A stretch of 64,000 nucleotides of DNA, from NCBI GenBank assembly GCA_965217585.1, contig OZ244561.1:1088001-1152000 (forward strand), in the 5' to 3' direction. This DNA comes from Candidatus Latescibacterota bacterium (GTDB lineage Bacteria; Latescibacterota; UBA2968; UBA8231). A model generated the notes under the pieces. It saw only the letters and a program-made list of their open reading frames with translations, had not been told where the DNA came from and searched no databases. Shown piece by piece: positions 1 to 10,110 of this stretch. The first letter of the stretch is position 1, and each line of letters starts with the position of its first letter. Made by a program: the position numbers and the translations under genes.

Positions 1-1479
1 ATCGTCGTGAGCACCCGGCAACGCGCCGACGAGGTCGTGGCGGCCCTGCGAGTCGGACGGTCCTTTGATGCGGTGGCGCGCCAGTTCTCGGAGTATCCGC
101 CCAGTGCGAAGCGCGGTGGCGAATTGCTCCATTACTACAGTCCCGACGGCGCTACTCAGGTAGTGCGCGATGCGCTGTTCCACCTGCGGGTGGGCGAAAT
201 CTCGGAGGTAGTTCCCAACCCCAAAGGGTACGAGCTTTTCAAAGTCTTGGACGAGCAGCAGGTAGCCTACGAAGAGGTCCGAGACCGGATCCGCAAGGGA
301 ATCGTCCGGCAGCAGTTGGACGCGGTGCGCCGGTCCTACATCGATTCGCTGGCGCAGCGGTTCGGGCTGGAGCCAGATTCCGCCGGCCTCGGCACTCTGA
401 TGGGGCTATTGCGCCGGGTCCAGGAAGAAGGCGTGGGGCGTCTATCCGTGGCCACTTCCGCAATGCCGCTTTTCAAGTACGAGAACGGATATATTCCCCT
501 CGGAGAGGCCATAGAGCAATCGCCATTTATTCGCCACGGCAAAGGCGTCGACGACAGTCTGAAGGTAATCCACTTTCTAGAGCGCGATGTGGTCGTGCCA
601 CAGCTCTTGCTGCTCTGGGCGTATGAGTTGGGAATTGATCGGGAGCCCGAAATCAAAGCCTGGAGCAAGCACAGAGAGGAGGAGACCCTGATTCGGGAGA
701 TACGCCGGCTCAAAGCGACGCAGAAAGTGGTCGTGACCGACCGGGAAGTGTCGAGATTCTACGAGGAGAACAAAGACACGTACCGAACTCCTTCGGAAGT
801 CGAGGTCGTAGAGATTCTGGTCGGGGACGAAACCGAGGCCCGGAAACTGCTCGAGCAGATGGGGTCGGACCTGCACCGGGCGACACCACTGATCGCCCTT
901 TGCAAGCGGTTCAGACAGAAACTGGCGAGTGGGCGGGCCACCGGGGAGGAGGTAAAAGCCCTGCGGGAACTGGGCGGCGACCCGCCGGTCTTCGCTTGGC
1001 TGAGCCGGCGGCTGGACGACGAAGAGCAAATGGCGCAGGTGCTCGCAGAGATCGCCAGTGCCCCGAGCCCCGAGGACTTGGTGGAGCAGTACATCGCGCG
1101 GCAGTTGGCGGTTGCCCAAAGTGTGCGCCCAGGCAGTGCCCAGACAGAGGGCCATTACCACCTCCACTGGTACGACGAGGCGCGTTTCGGCCCCTTGGTC
1201 AGGGAGGCGATGGAAGCCGAGATCGGCGCTCTCATCGGCCCTTTGGCGATCGACTCTCTCTATTCGGTCGCCAAAGTGATCAGTCGCCGGGAATCGGCGA
1301 TACAGCCCTTTGCGGAAGTAGAGGAGCGGATTACCGCCAGACTGCGCCGAGAAAAAGAGCACGTATTATTCGGCCGCTGGCTGGAAGAATTGCGTGCCAC
1401 CTACAAAGACGAGGTGATCTTCTTCGATGAAAACATCGAAACGCTCGGACGAAAATTCCCGGCGGCAGTTGGGGATTGA
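1..1479 (+). CDS. PpiC/SurA-type peptidyl-prolyl isomerase (foldase), 5'-partial
   Basis: Rotamase motifs FDAVARQFSEYPPSAKRGGEL, GEISEVVPNPKGYELFKV and second domain VEILV..ETEA; frame is open to the window edge. Confidence 0.8.
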   Translation: MVVSTRQRADEVVAALRVGRSFDAVARQFSEYPPSAKRGGELLHYYSPDGATQVVRDALFHLRVGEISEVVPNPKGYELFKVLDEQQVAYEEVRDRIRKGIVRQQLDAVRRSYIDSLAQRFGLEPDSAGLGTLMGLLRRVQEEGVGRLSVATSAMPLFKYENGYIPLGEAIEQSPFIRHGKGVDDSLKVIHFLERDVVVPQLLLLWAYELGIDREPEIKAWSKHREEETLIREIRRLKATQKVVVTDREVSRFYEENKDTYRTPSEVEVVEILVGDETEARKLLEQMGSDLHRATPLIALCKRFRQKLASGRATGEEVKALRELGGDPPVFAWLSRRLDDEEQMAQVLAEIASAPSPEDLVEQYIARQLAVAQSVRPGSAQTEGHYHLHWYDEARFGPLVREAMEAEIGALIGPLAIDSLYSVAKVISRRESAIQPFAEVEERITARLRREKEHVLFGRWLEELRATYKDEVIFFDENIETLGRKFPAAVGD

Positions 1480-1506
1480 ACAGGCCTTCCGGCAGGTGGA
1501 CAGCCG

Positions 1507-2385
1507 ATGATCCAGCGCGAACTCCGCAAGTTGATCCCAGCCCTGCTCGGCCCCGGTCTCCTGCTGCACGTCCTGTTCTTCGTGGTGCCGGCACTCAACG
1601 CCTTTTATTACTCGCTGACCTCCTGGTCGGGCATAACCCCGTACAAGCATTTCATCGGACTGGCCAATTTCGTCCGGGCTTTCTCCGACCGCACCTTTCT
1701 CCTCGCGTTGGAGAACGTCGTCCTCTTCGGGATTCTCGGATTCCTGGTAGTCTTTCCGCTCAGTCTGCTCTTCGCCGTAGTGCTAGCCAGCAAACCACCT
1801 TTTGAACGTTTCCTCAAGTTCATCATCTTCGCCCCTGCGCTCCTGTCCGTGGTCGTCACCGCGGTGCTTTGGGGCAGTATCTATAACCCGGTCATCGGTC
1901 TGCTCAACGAGACGCTGCGGGCGCTCGATCTGGGAGCCTATTCCCAGCCTTGGCTTGGACGCCACAGTACCGCACTGCCGGCCATTACTGCGGCCATGGT
2001 CTGGCAGGGTCTAGGGACCTATGTCATTCTCTTCCTAGCCGGCCTGCAGAAGATTCCCCGCAGTTTCTACGAATCGGCCGAACTGGACGGAGCCAGCGCC
2101 TGGCAACAATTCTGGCATGTGACCCTGCCCCTGCTCTGGGATGTCGTCCAGATTCTGGTCGTTCTCTGGATCATTAACGCGGTTCAGGCCTTCGCGTTGA
2201 TTTTCGTCATCACCCGCGGCTATCCCAACGTCATCGAGGTGCTGGGAACCTATATCTATTGGGCCGGATTTCAGGGACAGAGTGTCGGTTACGGCACGGC
2301 CATGGGCGTAGTCATGTTCCTCATAGTGCTGACCATCAGCCTGCTGGTCAGCCGCCTGATGCGCCGCGAGGCCGTAGAATATTGA
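1507..2385 (+). CDS. Carbohydrate ABC transporter permease (MalF/UgpA type)
   Basis: Multiple TM segments, FIGLANF, EAA loop YESAELDGASAWQQFWHVTLP. Confidence 0.92.
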   Translation: MIQRELRKLIPALLGPGLLLHVLFFVVPALNAFYYSLTSWSGITPYKHFIGLANFVRAFSDRTFLLALENVVLFGILGFLVVFPLSLLFAVVLASKPPFERFLKFIIFAPALLSVVVTAVLWGSIYNPVIGLLNETLRALDLGAYSQPWLGRHSTALPAITAAMVWQGLGTYVILFLAGLQKIPRSFYESAELDGASAWQQFWHVTLPLLWDVVQILVVLWIINAVQAFALIFVITRGYPNVIEVLGTYIYWAGFQGQSVGYGTAMGVVMFLIVLTISLLVSRLMRREAVEY

Positions 2386-2397
2386 GGAAGGGAAGAG

Positions 2398-3243
2398 ATG
2401 AATAATAGACAATACGGACCGGCCCTGCTGAAGCTCGTCACCATTCTGTTGATGGGCTTCTACTGCCTGAGTTCGCTGGGAGCGATCTGCTGGGTGGTCT
2501 ACACTTCCTTCAAGTCCAATGCGGAATTCTTTTCCAGCACCTGGTCCCTGCCCGCAACGCTGCGTCTAGACAATTATACCTACGCTTGGAAGAACGCCGA
2601 AATTGGCCTCTACTTTTTCAACACTGCCTATATCAGCGCGCTGGCCACCTGCGGGTCCGTGGTGCTATCCGCTATGGTGGCTTACATCCTGGCGCGGGTG
2701 GTCTTTCCCTTCAGGCAGTTAGCCTTCTTTCTATTCTTGGCAGCCTTGATGGTGCCGACCATGCTGTACATCTTCCCGCTCTTCGTGCAGATGCGGCAAA
2801 TGCACCTGACCAACAATCATCTGGGTCTGCTGCTCCTCTACATAGCCATGGGCCTGCCGTTTTCCGTCTTCGTACTCACCGGTTTTTTCAGAACTTTGCC
2901 CAGTCAAATGGAAGAGGCGGCCATGATTGATGGGGCCTCGCCGTGGAAGACCTTCTGGTCGATCATGCTTCCCTTGGCCAAGCCCGGATTGATCACGGTC
3001 TCCATTTTCAACTTCATCAATGTCTGGAACGAATTCTTCTGGTCGCTGGTCCTCCTGCGCAGCGGCCGGCTCTACACCATGGCCCGCGGATTGCAGACCC
3101 TGTTTTGGAATATGTCGACGGAATCGCGCTGGACAGAGCTATTCGCCGGGCTAGTGATCGTCATGCTCCCCTTGGTCATCGTATTTATCTTTCTCCAAGA
3201 CCGCATCACCGAGGGCCTGACCGTCGGTGCCCTGAAGGGATAG
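2398..3243 (+). CDS. Carbohydrate ABC transporter permease (MalG/UgpE type)
   Basis: EEAAMIDGASPWKTFWSIMLP, WNEFFW, C-terminal GLTVGALKG. Confidence 0.93.
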   Translation: MNNRQYGPALLKLVTILLMGFYCLSSLGAICWVVYTSFKSNAEFFSSTWSLPATLRLDNYTYAWKNAEIGLYFFNTAYISALATCGSVVLSAMVAYILARVVFPFRQLAFFLFLAALMVPTMLYIFPLFVQMRQMHLTNNHLGLLLLYIAMGLPFSVFVLTGFFRTLPSQMEEAAMIDGASPWKTFWSIMLPLAKPGLITVSIFNFINVWNEFFWSLVLLRSGRLYTMARGLQTLFWNMSTESRWTELFAGLVIVMLPLVIVFIFLQDRITEGLTVGALKG

Positions 3244-3246
3244 GTC

Positions 3247-4578
3247 GTGAAACGCAGAGATTTTCTCAAATGCATGGCAGCCGGCACCCTAGGAGGAGGC
3301 TGCGGCAACTACCTGCCCGACGAGGAGCTGATGGAAATCTCGATCCCCGGTTTCCAGCGGCGGGTTTCCCAAGTGCGGATCAATCAACTGCTGTGGAAGG
3401 TGGTGGATCGCTTTGGGGAACAATACCCCCATCTGCGCGTCGAGCCGGCCAGCGGCGGCGGCGGCGGCTATCAGGAGTTGATGATCCGCGTGATGGAGGG
3501 CAACCCCCCCGATATCATGTCCTTTGCTGGAGCCGATACCGGCCTCATCTTCTCTTATGTCAAACAGGGGCACGTCCTCGACATAACCGACTACCTTCAG
3601 ACCCCGGCTTACGACAGCGAGGGAGCGACTTGGCTGGAGACGATCGACCCGCTCTACCACGAAAGCCTGATGTACGAGGGCCGTTTCTACGCCATCCCCC
3701 AGAATGTCTACTCCCTCCAGCTCTACTGCAACGCAGACCTCTACCGGCGCGCCGGAGCCAATCTCAATCCGCAGACCTGGGAACAGTTCCTCGACAACTG
3801 CGAACGCCTCAAACGCAGCGGCGTGGTGCCGATCACCCAGGACGGCATCCATTGGTACACGGTTTGGTGGCTGGAGCACCTGGCCCTGCGCCTGCTCGGT
3901 GCCGAGAAGCTGCGTCAGGCCCTGCGGGATCCACAGCGGCGGACCCCGTGGACTGAAGCGGGTTTTCTCCGGGCCGCCCGCATGGTGGAAAATATGCTAG
4001 ACAGGGGCTACTTCGTCGAAGGTTTTTCCGGGCTCAACCACATAGAGTCCGAATTCCTGTTCTGGCGGGGCCAGGCCGCCACCGTCTTTGTGGGCAATTG
4101 GCTGACCAGTGCGCGGCGGGATATCATGGGGGATTTTCCCCTCTATACCTATGCCTTTCCCGCCGTCGAGGGGGGTGAGGGCAGTCTGCGCGAATTGATG
4201 GGCTATGCCAGAGCCCTCAGTATCCCCTCCCTAGCGCGCCATCCCGAACCAGCCGCCCATTTACTGCGCCTGATAAACAGCCGCTGGCACCAGCAGCAGA
4301 TGGTGGAAGAGGTTCTCAGAATCAGCTCAATCATTGGCGTGTCTATCCCGACTACTCACCAGGGCCTGGACGTCGTCTTGGGAGAGAAAACGAGTTTCTA
4401 CCCCTTTTCATTCGATCTCGAAGGCGAGCACCCCTTTCTATACCGGCAGTACTGGGACGAGTGGAACCGCTTCATGGTAGCCCGCGAAATCTCGGCAGTC
4501 CAATTGCTGGAGAACCTCGAACAGATATTCACCCGCTACTTCCAGAACGCGGCGATCGCCTTCCCCGATCCGCTCTGA
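3247..4578 (+). CDS. ABC sugar-binding lipoprotein (SBP family 1), Tat-type signal
   Basis: N-terminus KRRDFLK...GGGC; GNPPDI, GRFYAIP, LYCNADLY, PQTWEQFL motifs; follows two permeases. Confidence 0.88.
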   Translation: MKRRDFLKCMAAGTLGGGCGNYLPDEELMEISIPGFQRRVSQVRINQLLWKVVDRFGEQYPHLRVEPASGGGGGYQELMIRVMEGNPPDIMSFAGADTGLIFSYVKQGHVLDITDYLQTPAYDSEGATWLETIDPLYHESLMYEGRFYAIPQNVYSLQLYCNADLYRRAGANLNPQTWEQFLDNCERLKRSGVVPITQDGIHWYTVWWLEHLALRLLGAEKLRQALRDPQRRTPWTEAGFLRAARMVENMLDRGYFVEGFSGLNHIESEFLFWRGQAATVFVGNWLTSARRDIMGDFPLYTYAFPAVEGGEGSLRELMGYARALSIPSLARHPEPAAHLLRLINSRWHQQQMVEEVLRISSIIGVSIPTTHQGLDVVLGEKTSFYPFSFDLEGEHPFLYRQYWDEWNRFMVAREISAVQLLENLEQIFTRYFQNAAIAFPDPL

Positions 4579-4616
4579 CCCCCGCCATGATCCAACCAGC
4601 ATGAGGTCTCAAAGCC

Positions 4617-6713
4617 ATGACCGCAGAGCTTGTTTCGCCGTATCGGCACCCCCTGACCATCGACCACACCCGAGTGCGCAACACCGACCAGCAGGACTTT
4701 CCGCTGCTGGTCCGCCTCTGCGACCCGACCCTGCGCAACACCGCCGCCGGCGGCCACGTCGCCCATTCCCACGGCGCCGATCTCTTCTTCACCCAGGCCG
4801 ATGGCCGCACCCGGCTGCCCCACGAATTGGCCGCCTACGACCCCGAGCAGGGCCAGCTAGAGGCCTGGGTCCAAGTGCCGATCCTATCGTGTCGCCAAGA
4901 CGAGGTCCTGTATCTGTATTACGGCGATCCGGTCATTGCCGCGACGGCTCCGGCCCAGGGCGTTTGGGAGGACTCGTATGGTCTGGTGCAACACGGGGAG
5001 CGGGTGGTGGCCGGCTCGAGCGCGATGGAGTTGGCCGAGGAGCTGACCGTGGAGGCGTGGGTGCGGGGGACGGGATCGGGGGCCGAGATCCTGCAGCCGC
5101 TGGTGTCCAAGTGGGCGGTGCGGGAATCCTTCGATGCCTTCAGTGCCTACGACGCCGGACGCACCGACGGCCTAGACAGCATCGGCTATCTGGGGGGCAC
5201 TTTCGACGGCCGCTATGTGTACTGGCCGCCCAATCGCCGCACCAACGAGCGGGAGTCGGTGCACGGCGTGGTGCTGCGCTGCGATACCCAAGGCGATTTC
5301 CACGATCCTCAGAGCTGGGAAGCGCACGATGTCGAAAACATAACGTCACTGAGGACAGTAAATTACTACGGCGCTGTCTTCGACGGCCGCTATGTGTATT
5401 TCGTCCCCCAGGACGAAGGTACGGCATACCACAGCCGAGTGTTGCGCTACGACACCCGGCGGGACTTCAAGAGCATTGCCAGTTGGGAGGTATTCGATGT
5501 GGGTTTGGCCCACTCGTACCAGGGCGCGGCCTTTGACGGCCGCTATATCTACTTCTGCCCCGGGTACGAAGGAACACCGGGCGTCTCGCTAATTGCCGAA
5601 GACAAATACAGTGGGAGCGTCGTCCGCCTGGATACTAGAGGCGAATTCAAAGACGCCGCGAGCTGGAAAATCTTCGACGCGAAAAGCGTTGCCCCAAACG
5701 CCACGTGTTTTGACGGCGGAGCCTTTGACGGCCGCTATATCTACTTTGTACCGCTGACTAACGGCGTGGTCGTGCAATGCGATACTAAAGGCGATTTCAC
5801 CGACCCGGATAGCTGGCGCACATACGATATCGGGTCGTTCAGCGGCAGCGGTTGGTGCGTCGGCGCAGTTTTCGACGGGCGCTATATCTACCTCGTGCCC
5901 TACATGCACGGCGTGGTCGTGCGCTGCGACACACACGGTGACTTCACCGCCGACAGCAGCTGGGAGTCCTACGATTCCAACGATACGGGGGGGCTAGATA
6001 CCAGCGGCGCGGACGGCGGTTTTTTCGACGGCCGCTACGTCTACTTCATCCCCTGGGCTGGCCGCTTGAAAGGGCCGCAAGGCTCTGGGCATCACGCCAA
6101 CTTTCTGCGCTACGATACCCGGGGGGCCTTCGGCGATCCCCAAAGCTGGTCGGCACACGACGCCAGCGCCACCGATGGTCTGCAGACCATCGGGTACAAC
6201 GGGGGAGTTTTCGACGGCCGCTTTATCTATACTTCGCCGCTGTGCGACGACGAGCTTTTCCACGGCCGGGTGTTGCGCTACGACACAGCAGGGTCTAACG
6301 CCTCGTTCAGCCTGCGCTATGGCGACTACGGACACAACGGCGGGCTGTGCGCCGCCGTGCCCGGTCCCAGCTTTTCGATCAACACCGCTAAAGGAGCGCG
6401 GAGCGTGGCCGCCCATCAGGCCCTGACCCCGGGCTGGCACCACCTAGCCGGCGTGTACAACGGCCACACCCTCAAGCTGTGGGTCGACGGCCGCCTGGTG
6501 GCCGAGCGCTCTGGTACTGGGTCCCTGCAGGTCAATCAGGTCCCGGTGACCATCGGCGGGTTGGCCAACGGTACGGCGCAATTTCGCGGTCAGATCGGGG
6601 AGGTGCGGGTAGCCACGGTAGCCCGCAGCGACGATTGGCTCAAGACCGCCTACCAGAATCTGGTCGATCCCCAGGGCTTTATCCGCCCTGGAGAAGAGGA
6701 AAAAGTGAAGTAA
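4617..6713 (+). CDS. DUF2341-like N-terminus + 7 FDGRY-repeat beta-propeller + LamG/ConA-like domain protein (paralog 1)
   Basis: Seven (F)DGR(Y/F)(V/I)Y repeats; LTVEAWV and GWHHLAGVYNGHTLKLWVDG LamG motifs; N-terminal DFPLLVRL...LPHEL...AWVQVP...LYLYYG. Confidence 0.7.
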   Translation: MTAELVSPYRHPLTIDHTRVRNTDQQDFPLLVRLCDPTLRNTAAGGHVAHSHGADLFFTQADGRTRLPHELAAYDPEQGQLEAWVQVPILSCRQDEVLYLYYGDPVIAATAPAQGVWEDSYGLVQHGERVVAGSSAMELAEELTVEAWVRGTGSGAEILQPLVSKWAVRESFDAFSAYDAGRTDGLDSIGYLGGTFDGRYVYWPPNRRTNERESVHGVVLRCDTQGDFHDPQSWEAHDVENITSLRTVNYYGAVFDGRYVYFVPQDEGTAYHSRVLRYDTRRDFKSIASWEVFDVGLAHSYQGAAFDGRYIYFCPGYEGTPGVSLIAEDKYSGSVVRLDTRGEFKDAASWKIFDAKSVAPNATCFDGGAFDGRYIYFVPLTNGVVVQCDTKGDFTDPDSWRTYDIGSFSGSGWCVGAVFDGRYIYLVPYMHGVVVRCDTHGDFTADSSWESYDSNDTGGLDTSGADGGFFDGRYVYFIPWAGRLKGPQGSGHHANFLRYDTRGAFGDPQSWSAHDASATDGLQTIGYNGGVFDGRFIYTSPLCDDELFHGRVLRYDTAGSNASFSLRYGDYGHNGGLCAAVPGPSFSINTAKGARSVAAHQALTPGWHHLAGVYNGHTLKLWVDGRLVAERSGTGSLQVNQVPVTIGGLANGTAQFRGQIGEVRVATVARSDDWLKTAYQNLVDPQGFIRPGEEEKVK

Positions 6714-6747
6714 ATCGGCAAGAAACAACAGATTGGAGGATATCCCT

Positions 6748-8850
6748 ATGACCACAGAGCCTTTTTCGCCGTATCGGCGTTCCCTGACCATCGACCACAC
6801 CCGAGTGCGCAACACCAACCAGCGGGATTTTCCGCTGCTGGTCCGCCTCTGCGACCCAACGCTGCGCAGCACTGCTAGCGGCGGCCACGTCGCCCACCTC
6901 CACGGTGCCGACTTCTTCTTCACCCAAGCCGATGGCCGCACCCGGCTGCCCCACGAATTGGTCGCCTACGACCCCGAGCAGGGCCAGCTAGAGGCGTGGG
7001 TCCAAGTGCCGGTCCTATCGTGTCGTCAGGACGAGGTCCTGTATCTGTATTACGGCGATCCGGTCGTTGCAGGGACGGCACCGGCCCGGGGCGTTTGGGA
7101 GGACTCGTATGGTCTGGTGCAACACGGGGAGCGGGTGGTGGCCGGCTCGAGCGCGATGGAGTTAGCCGAGGAGCTGACCGTGGAGGCGTGGGTGCGGGGG
7201 ACGGGATCGGGGGCCGAGGTTCTGCAACCCCTGGTGTCCAAGTGGGCGGTGCGGGAATCCTTCGATGCCTTTAGTGCTTACGACGCCGGACGCACCGACG
7301 GCCTAGCGTGCGTCGGGTTCTACGGTGCCGTCTTCGACGGCCGCTACGTGTACTGGTGCCCGATCCGCTCCCACCGGGAACGCAGTACAGTGCACGCCAA
7401 CATATTGCGCTGCGATACCCAAGGCGATTTCCACGATCCTCAGAGCTGGGAAGCGCACGATGCTCGCGGCACGGACGGGTTGAATACCGTGTGCTACTAC
7501 GGGGCGGCCTTTGACGGGCGCTATGTCATCTTCACACCGCGCGACGACAGCGAGGGCTACCACAGCCGGGTGTTGCGCTACGACACGCATCGTCCCTTCA
7601 AAAACGCCGCGAGTTGGGAAGCGCACGATGCGGACCTGCCGCATTCGCACCAGGGGGTCGCCTGCGACGGCCGCTACCTCTACTTCTGCCCGGGATACGA
7701 CGGGGCGTCGGAGGGCTCCTTGACCGAGAGTAAACTCAGCGGCAAGGTGCTGCGCATGGATACGCAGGCCGACTTCAAAGATCCAGCCACCTACCGGGTC
7801 TTCGACACCAAGGGGCTCGCGGAGGAGACTGTGTGTTTCGACGGGGGGGCCTTTGACGGGCGCTATATCTACTTTGTACCGCTGACCAACGGCGTGGTCG
7901 TGCAATGCGATACTAAAGGCGATTTCGCCGACCCGGATAGCTGGCGCACATACGATGCCCGGCCATTGAACATGCAGATGAACGTCGGTGCCGTCTTCGA
8001 CGGCCGCTACCTCTACTTCTGCGCCTACAGTCACAGCCATATGATCCGCTACGACACGCAGAGTGATTTTACCGACGACGCCAGTTGGGCAACCTTTGAC
8101 GCCGCCAATACCTCGGGTTTGGATACCGGCGGTTTCGACGGCGGTTTTTTCGACGGTCGCTACGTCTATTTCATCCCCTGGACGCGGACAGTACCCGCGG
8201 AGGAAGACAAAAGCACGTACCACGCCAATTTTCTGCGCTACGATATCCGGGGGGCCTTTGACGCCCCTCAGAGCTGGGAGGCGTGCGACGCCAGCAGCAC
8301 CGACGGCTTGAAAACAGTGGGCTATAACGCCGGAGCCTTTGACGGGCGCTATTTTTATGGAGCGCCGCTGTACGACGGAGAGGGAGATGCCTTCCACGGC
8401 CGGGTGTTGCGCTACGACACAGCAGGATCCAACGCCTCGTTCAGCCTGCGCTATAGCGACTACGGACACAACGGCGGGCTGTGCGCCGCCGTGCCCGGGC
8501 CCAGCTTTTTGATCAATACCGCTAAAGGACCGCGGAGCATAGCCGCCCACCAGGCCCTGACCCCAGGCTGGCACCACCTAGCCGGCGTGTACAACGGCCG
8601 CACCCTCAAGCTGTGGGTCGATGGCCGCTTGGTGGCGGAGCGCTCTGGCACTGGGTCCCTGCAGGTCAATCAGGTACCGGTGACCATCGGCGGGTTCGCC
8701 GACGGTTCAGCCCCGTTCCGCGGCCAAGTCGGAGAGGTGCGGGTGACCACGGTGGCTCGCAGCGACGACTGGCTCAAGACCACCTACCATAACCTGGTCG
8801 ATCCCCAAGGCTTTGTCCGCGTTGGAGAAGAGGAAATAGTGGCAACATGA
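6748..8850 (+). CDS. DUF2341-like N-terminus + 7 FDGRY-repeat beta-propeller + LamG/ConA-like domain protein (paralog 2)
   Basis: Same architecture as 4617-6713 with near-identical ends; GGAGG RBS before ATG 6748. Confidence 0.7.
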   Translation: MTTEPFSPYRRSLTIDHTRVRNTNQRDFPLLVRLCDPTLRSTASGGHVAHLHGADFFFTQADGRTRLPHELVAYDPEQGQLEAWVQVPVLSCRQDEVLYLYYGDPVVAGTAPARGVWEDSYGLVQHGERVVAGSSAMELAEELTVEAWVRGTGSGAEVLQPLVSKWAVRESFDAFSAYDAGRTDGLACVGFYGAVFDGRYVYWCPIRSHRERSTVHANILRCDTQGDFHDPQSWEAHDARGTDGLNTVCYYGAAFDGRYVIFTPRDDSEGYHSRVLRYDTHRPFKNAASWEAHDADLPHSHQGVACDGRYLYFCPGYDGASEGSLTESKLSGKVLRMDTQADFKDPATYRVFDTKGLAEETVCFDGGAFDGRYIYFVPLTNGVVVQCDTKGDFADPDSWRTYDARPLNMQMNVGAVFDGRYLYFCAYSHSHMIRYDTQSDFTDDASWATFDAANTSGLDTGGFDGGFFDGRYVYFIPWTRTVPAEEDKSTYHANFLRYDIRGAFDAPQSWEACDASSTDGLKTVGYNAGAFDGRYFYGAPLYDGEGDAFHGRVLRYDTAGSNASFSLRYSDYGHNGGLCAAVPGPSFLINTAKGPRSIAAHQALTPGWHHLAGVYNGRTLKLWVDGRLVAERSGTGSLQVNQVPVTIGGFADGSAPFRGQVGEVRVTTVARSDDWLKTTYHNLVDPQGFVRVGEEEIVAT

Positions 8851-8894
8851 AGGGGGCGGTTTTCGGCGCGGTTGGCACTAGAGGAGGACGAGCA

Positions 8895-10073
8895 ATGACG
8901 GCAGAGCACCTCGAATACGCCTTGTTTTCCCGGCAGGAGATGGAGAGGCGCTATTCCCGGGCCCGAGCTATGATGGCCCATCGGGGGATCGACGCCCTCT
9001 TAGTGTCCGGCGAGGAAAATTTCCAATATCTGGCAGGCACGGCCGCCAGCATTGCGCTGCACTACTCCCTCACCCGGCCATCTCTCTTTATCCTGCCGCT
9101 GGAGAAAGAGCCCATCATCGTCACCCAGGGCAGAGCCAACCTCGCGCTGGGTTCCTATGTAGCCGATCTGCGGGACTATACCAACATTCTCGACTTTCCC
9201 CACCAGATCGTCCTACAAGCGCTGCAGGACGCTGGTCTTAAAAACAAGCGCCTAGGGGCGGAACTGGGCCAGGAGCAGCGGATGGGCATACCCGTGAGTA
9301 CCTATAACGCCCTAGTGGAGGCCCTTCCCGACGTTGAATTCGTCGATTGCGCCGACATCCTGATCGGACTCAGGATGGTAAAATCCAGCGAGGAACTGGC
9401 CTACATGCGCCAAGCCGCTGCCATTACCGGCCGGGCTCGACAACGGCTCTTCGACCAAGTGGAACCCGGCATGACGGAACGGCAGGTGGCCCGTCTCACC
9501 CGGCGATTGATCCTAGAGGAGGGCGGCGACCGGACGGCTTACGTCATTTTGCAACTCGGCATCCCCGGGTCCGGCAACCCGTTCCACTACGACCGCCCCC
9601 TCGAAAAAGGCATGGTCCTGGCCGTGGACACCGGGGCTTATGTCGGGATGTACACCATCGACTATCCCCGCATGGCCACCTTGGGACCGGCCACGTCCGA
9701 GCAACGGCGCGTCTACCAAGCCGCCTTGCGCGTGGACGAAAAGATGGCGCAGGCACTCAGACCCGGAGTTCGGTGTTCCGAGTTATACCAGATAGGCGTC
9801 GAGGCCATCGCTGAAATCCGAGCTGAACTCGGCGCCTTGGAACAACTGCCGAGCGCCCGCATGGGGCACGGCCAAGGCCTACTGGTGACGGAGCCGCCGA
9901 GCATATGCCCAGAGGATCACACGGTGCTAAAAGAGGGCATGGTGATCAGCACCGAACCGGGGGTACAGTGGGGTACTGTGCAGTATCTGTGGGAAAACGT
10001 CCACGTCATCACCGCAGACGGCCACGAGCAGCTCACGCTGGAAACCGACGCCTTGAGAGAGCTGCCCTGGTGA
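8895..10073 (+). CDS. Xaa-Pro peptidase family (M24) protein
   Basis: Creatinase-like N domain, RMVKSSEE, metal ligands D(TG)..D..H(GQG)..E(PG)..E; GAGGAG RBS before ATG 8895. Confidence 0.88.
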   Translation: MTAEHLEYALFSRQEMERRYSRARAMMAHRGIDALLVSGEENFQYLAGTAASIALHYSLTRPSLFILPLEKEPIIVTQGRANLALGSYVADLRDYTNILDFPHQIVLQALQDAGLKNKRLGAELGQEQRMGIPVSTYNALVEALPDVEFVDCADILIGLRMVKSSEELAYMRQAAAITGRARQRLFDQVEPGMTERQVARLTRRLILEEGGDRTAYVILQLGIPGSGNPFHYDRPLEKGMVLAVDTGAYVGMYTIDYPRMATLGPATSEQRRVYQAALRVDEKMAQALRPGVRCSELYQIGVEAIAEIRAELGALEQLPSARMGHGQGLLVTEPPSICPEDHTVLKEGMVISTEPGVQWGTVQYLWENVHVITADGHEQLTLETDALRELPW

Positions 10074-10110
10074 CCGTCTCAAACCCGTCCCAAGCTGTCG
10101 CGTACTTAGC

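Noticed and set aside
7303-8577. Long antisense ORFs over GC-rich genes (also 30427-31506, 49899-51359 and similar)
   Set aside because: Shadow ORFs of well-supported genes with strong GC3 bias.
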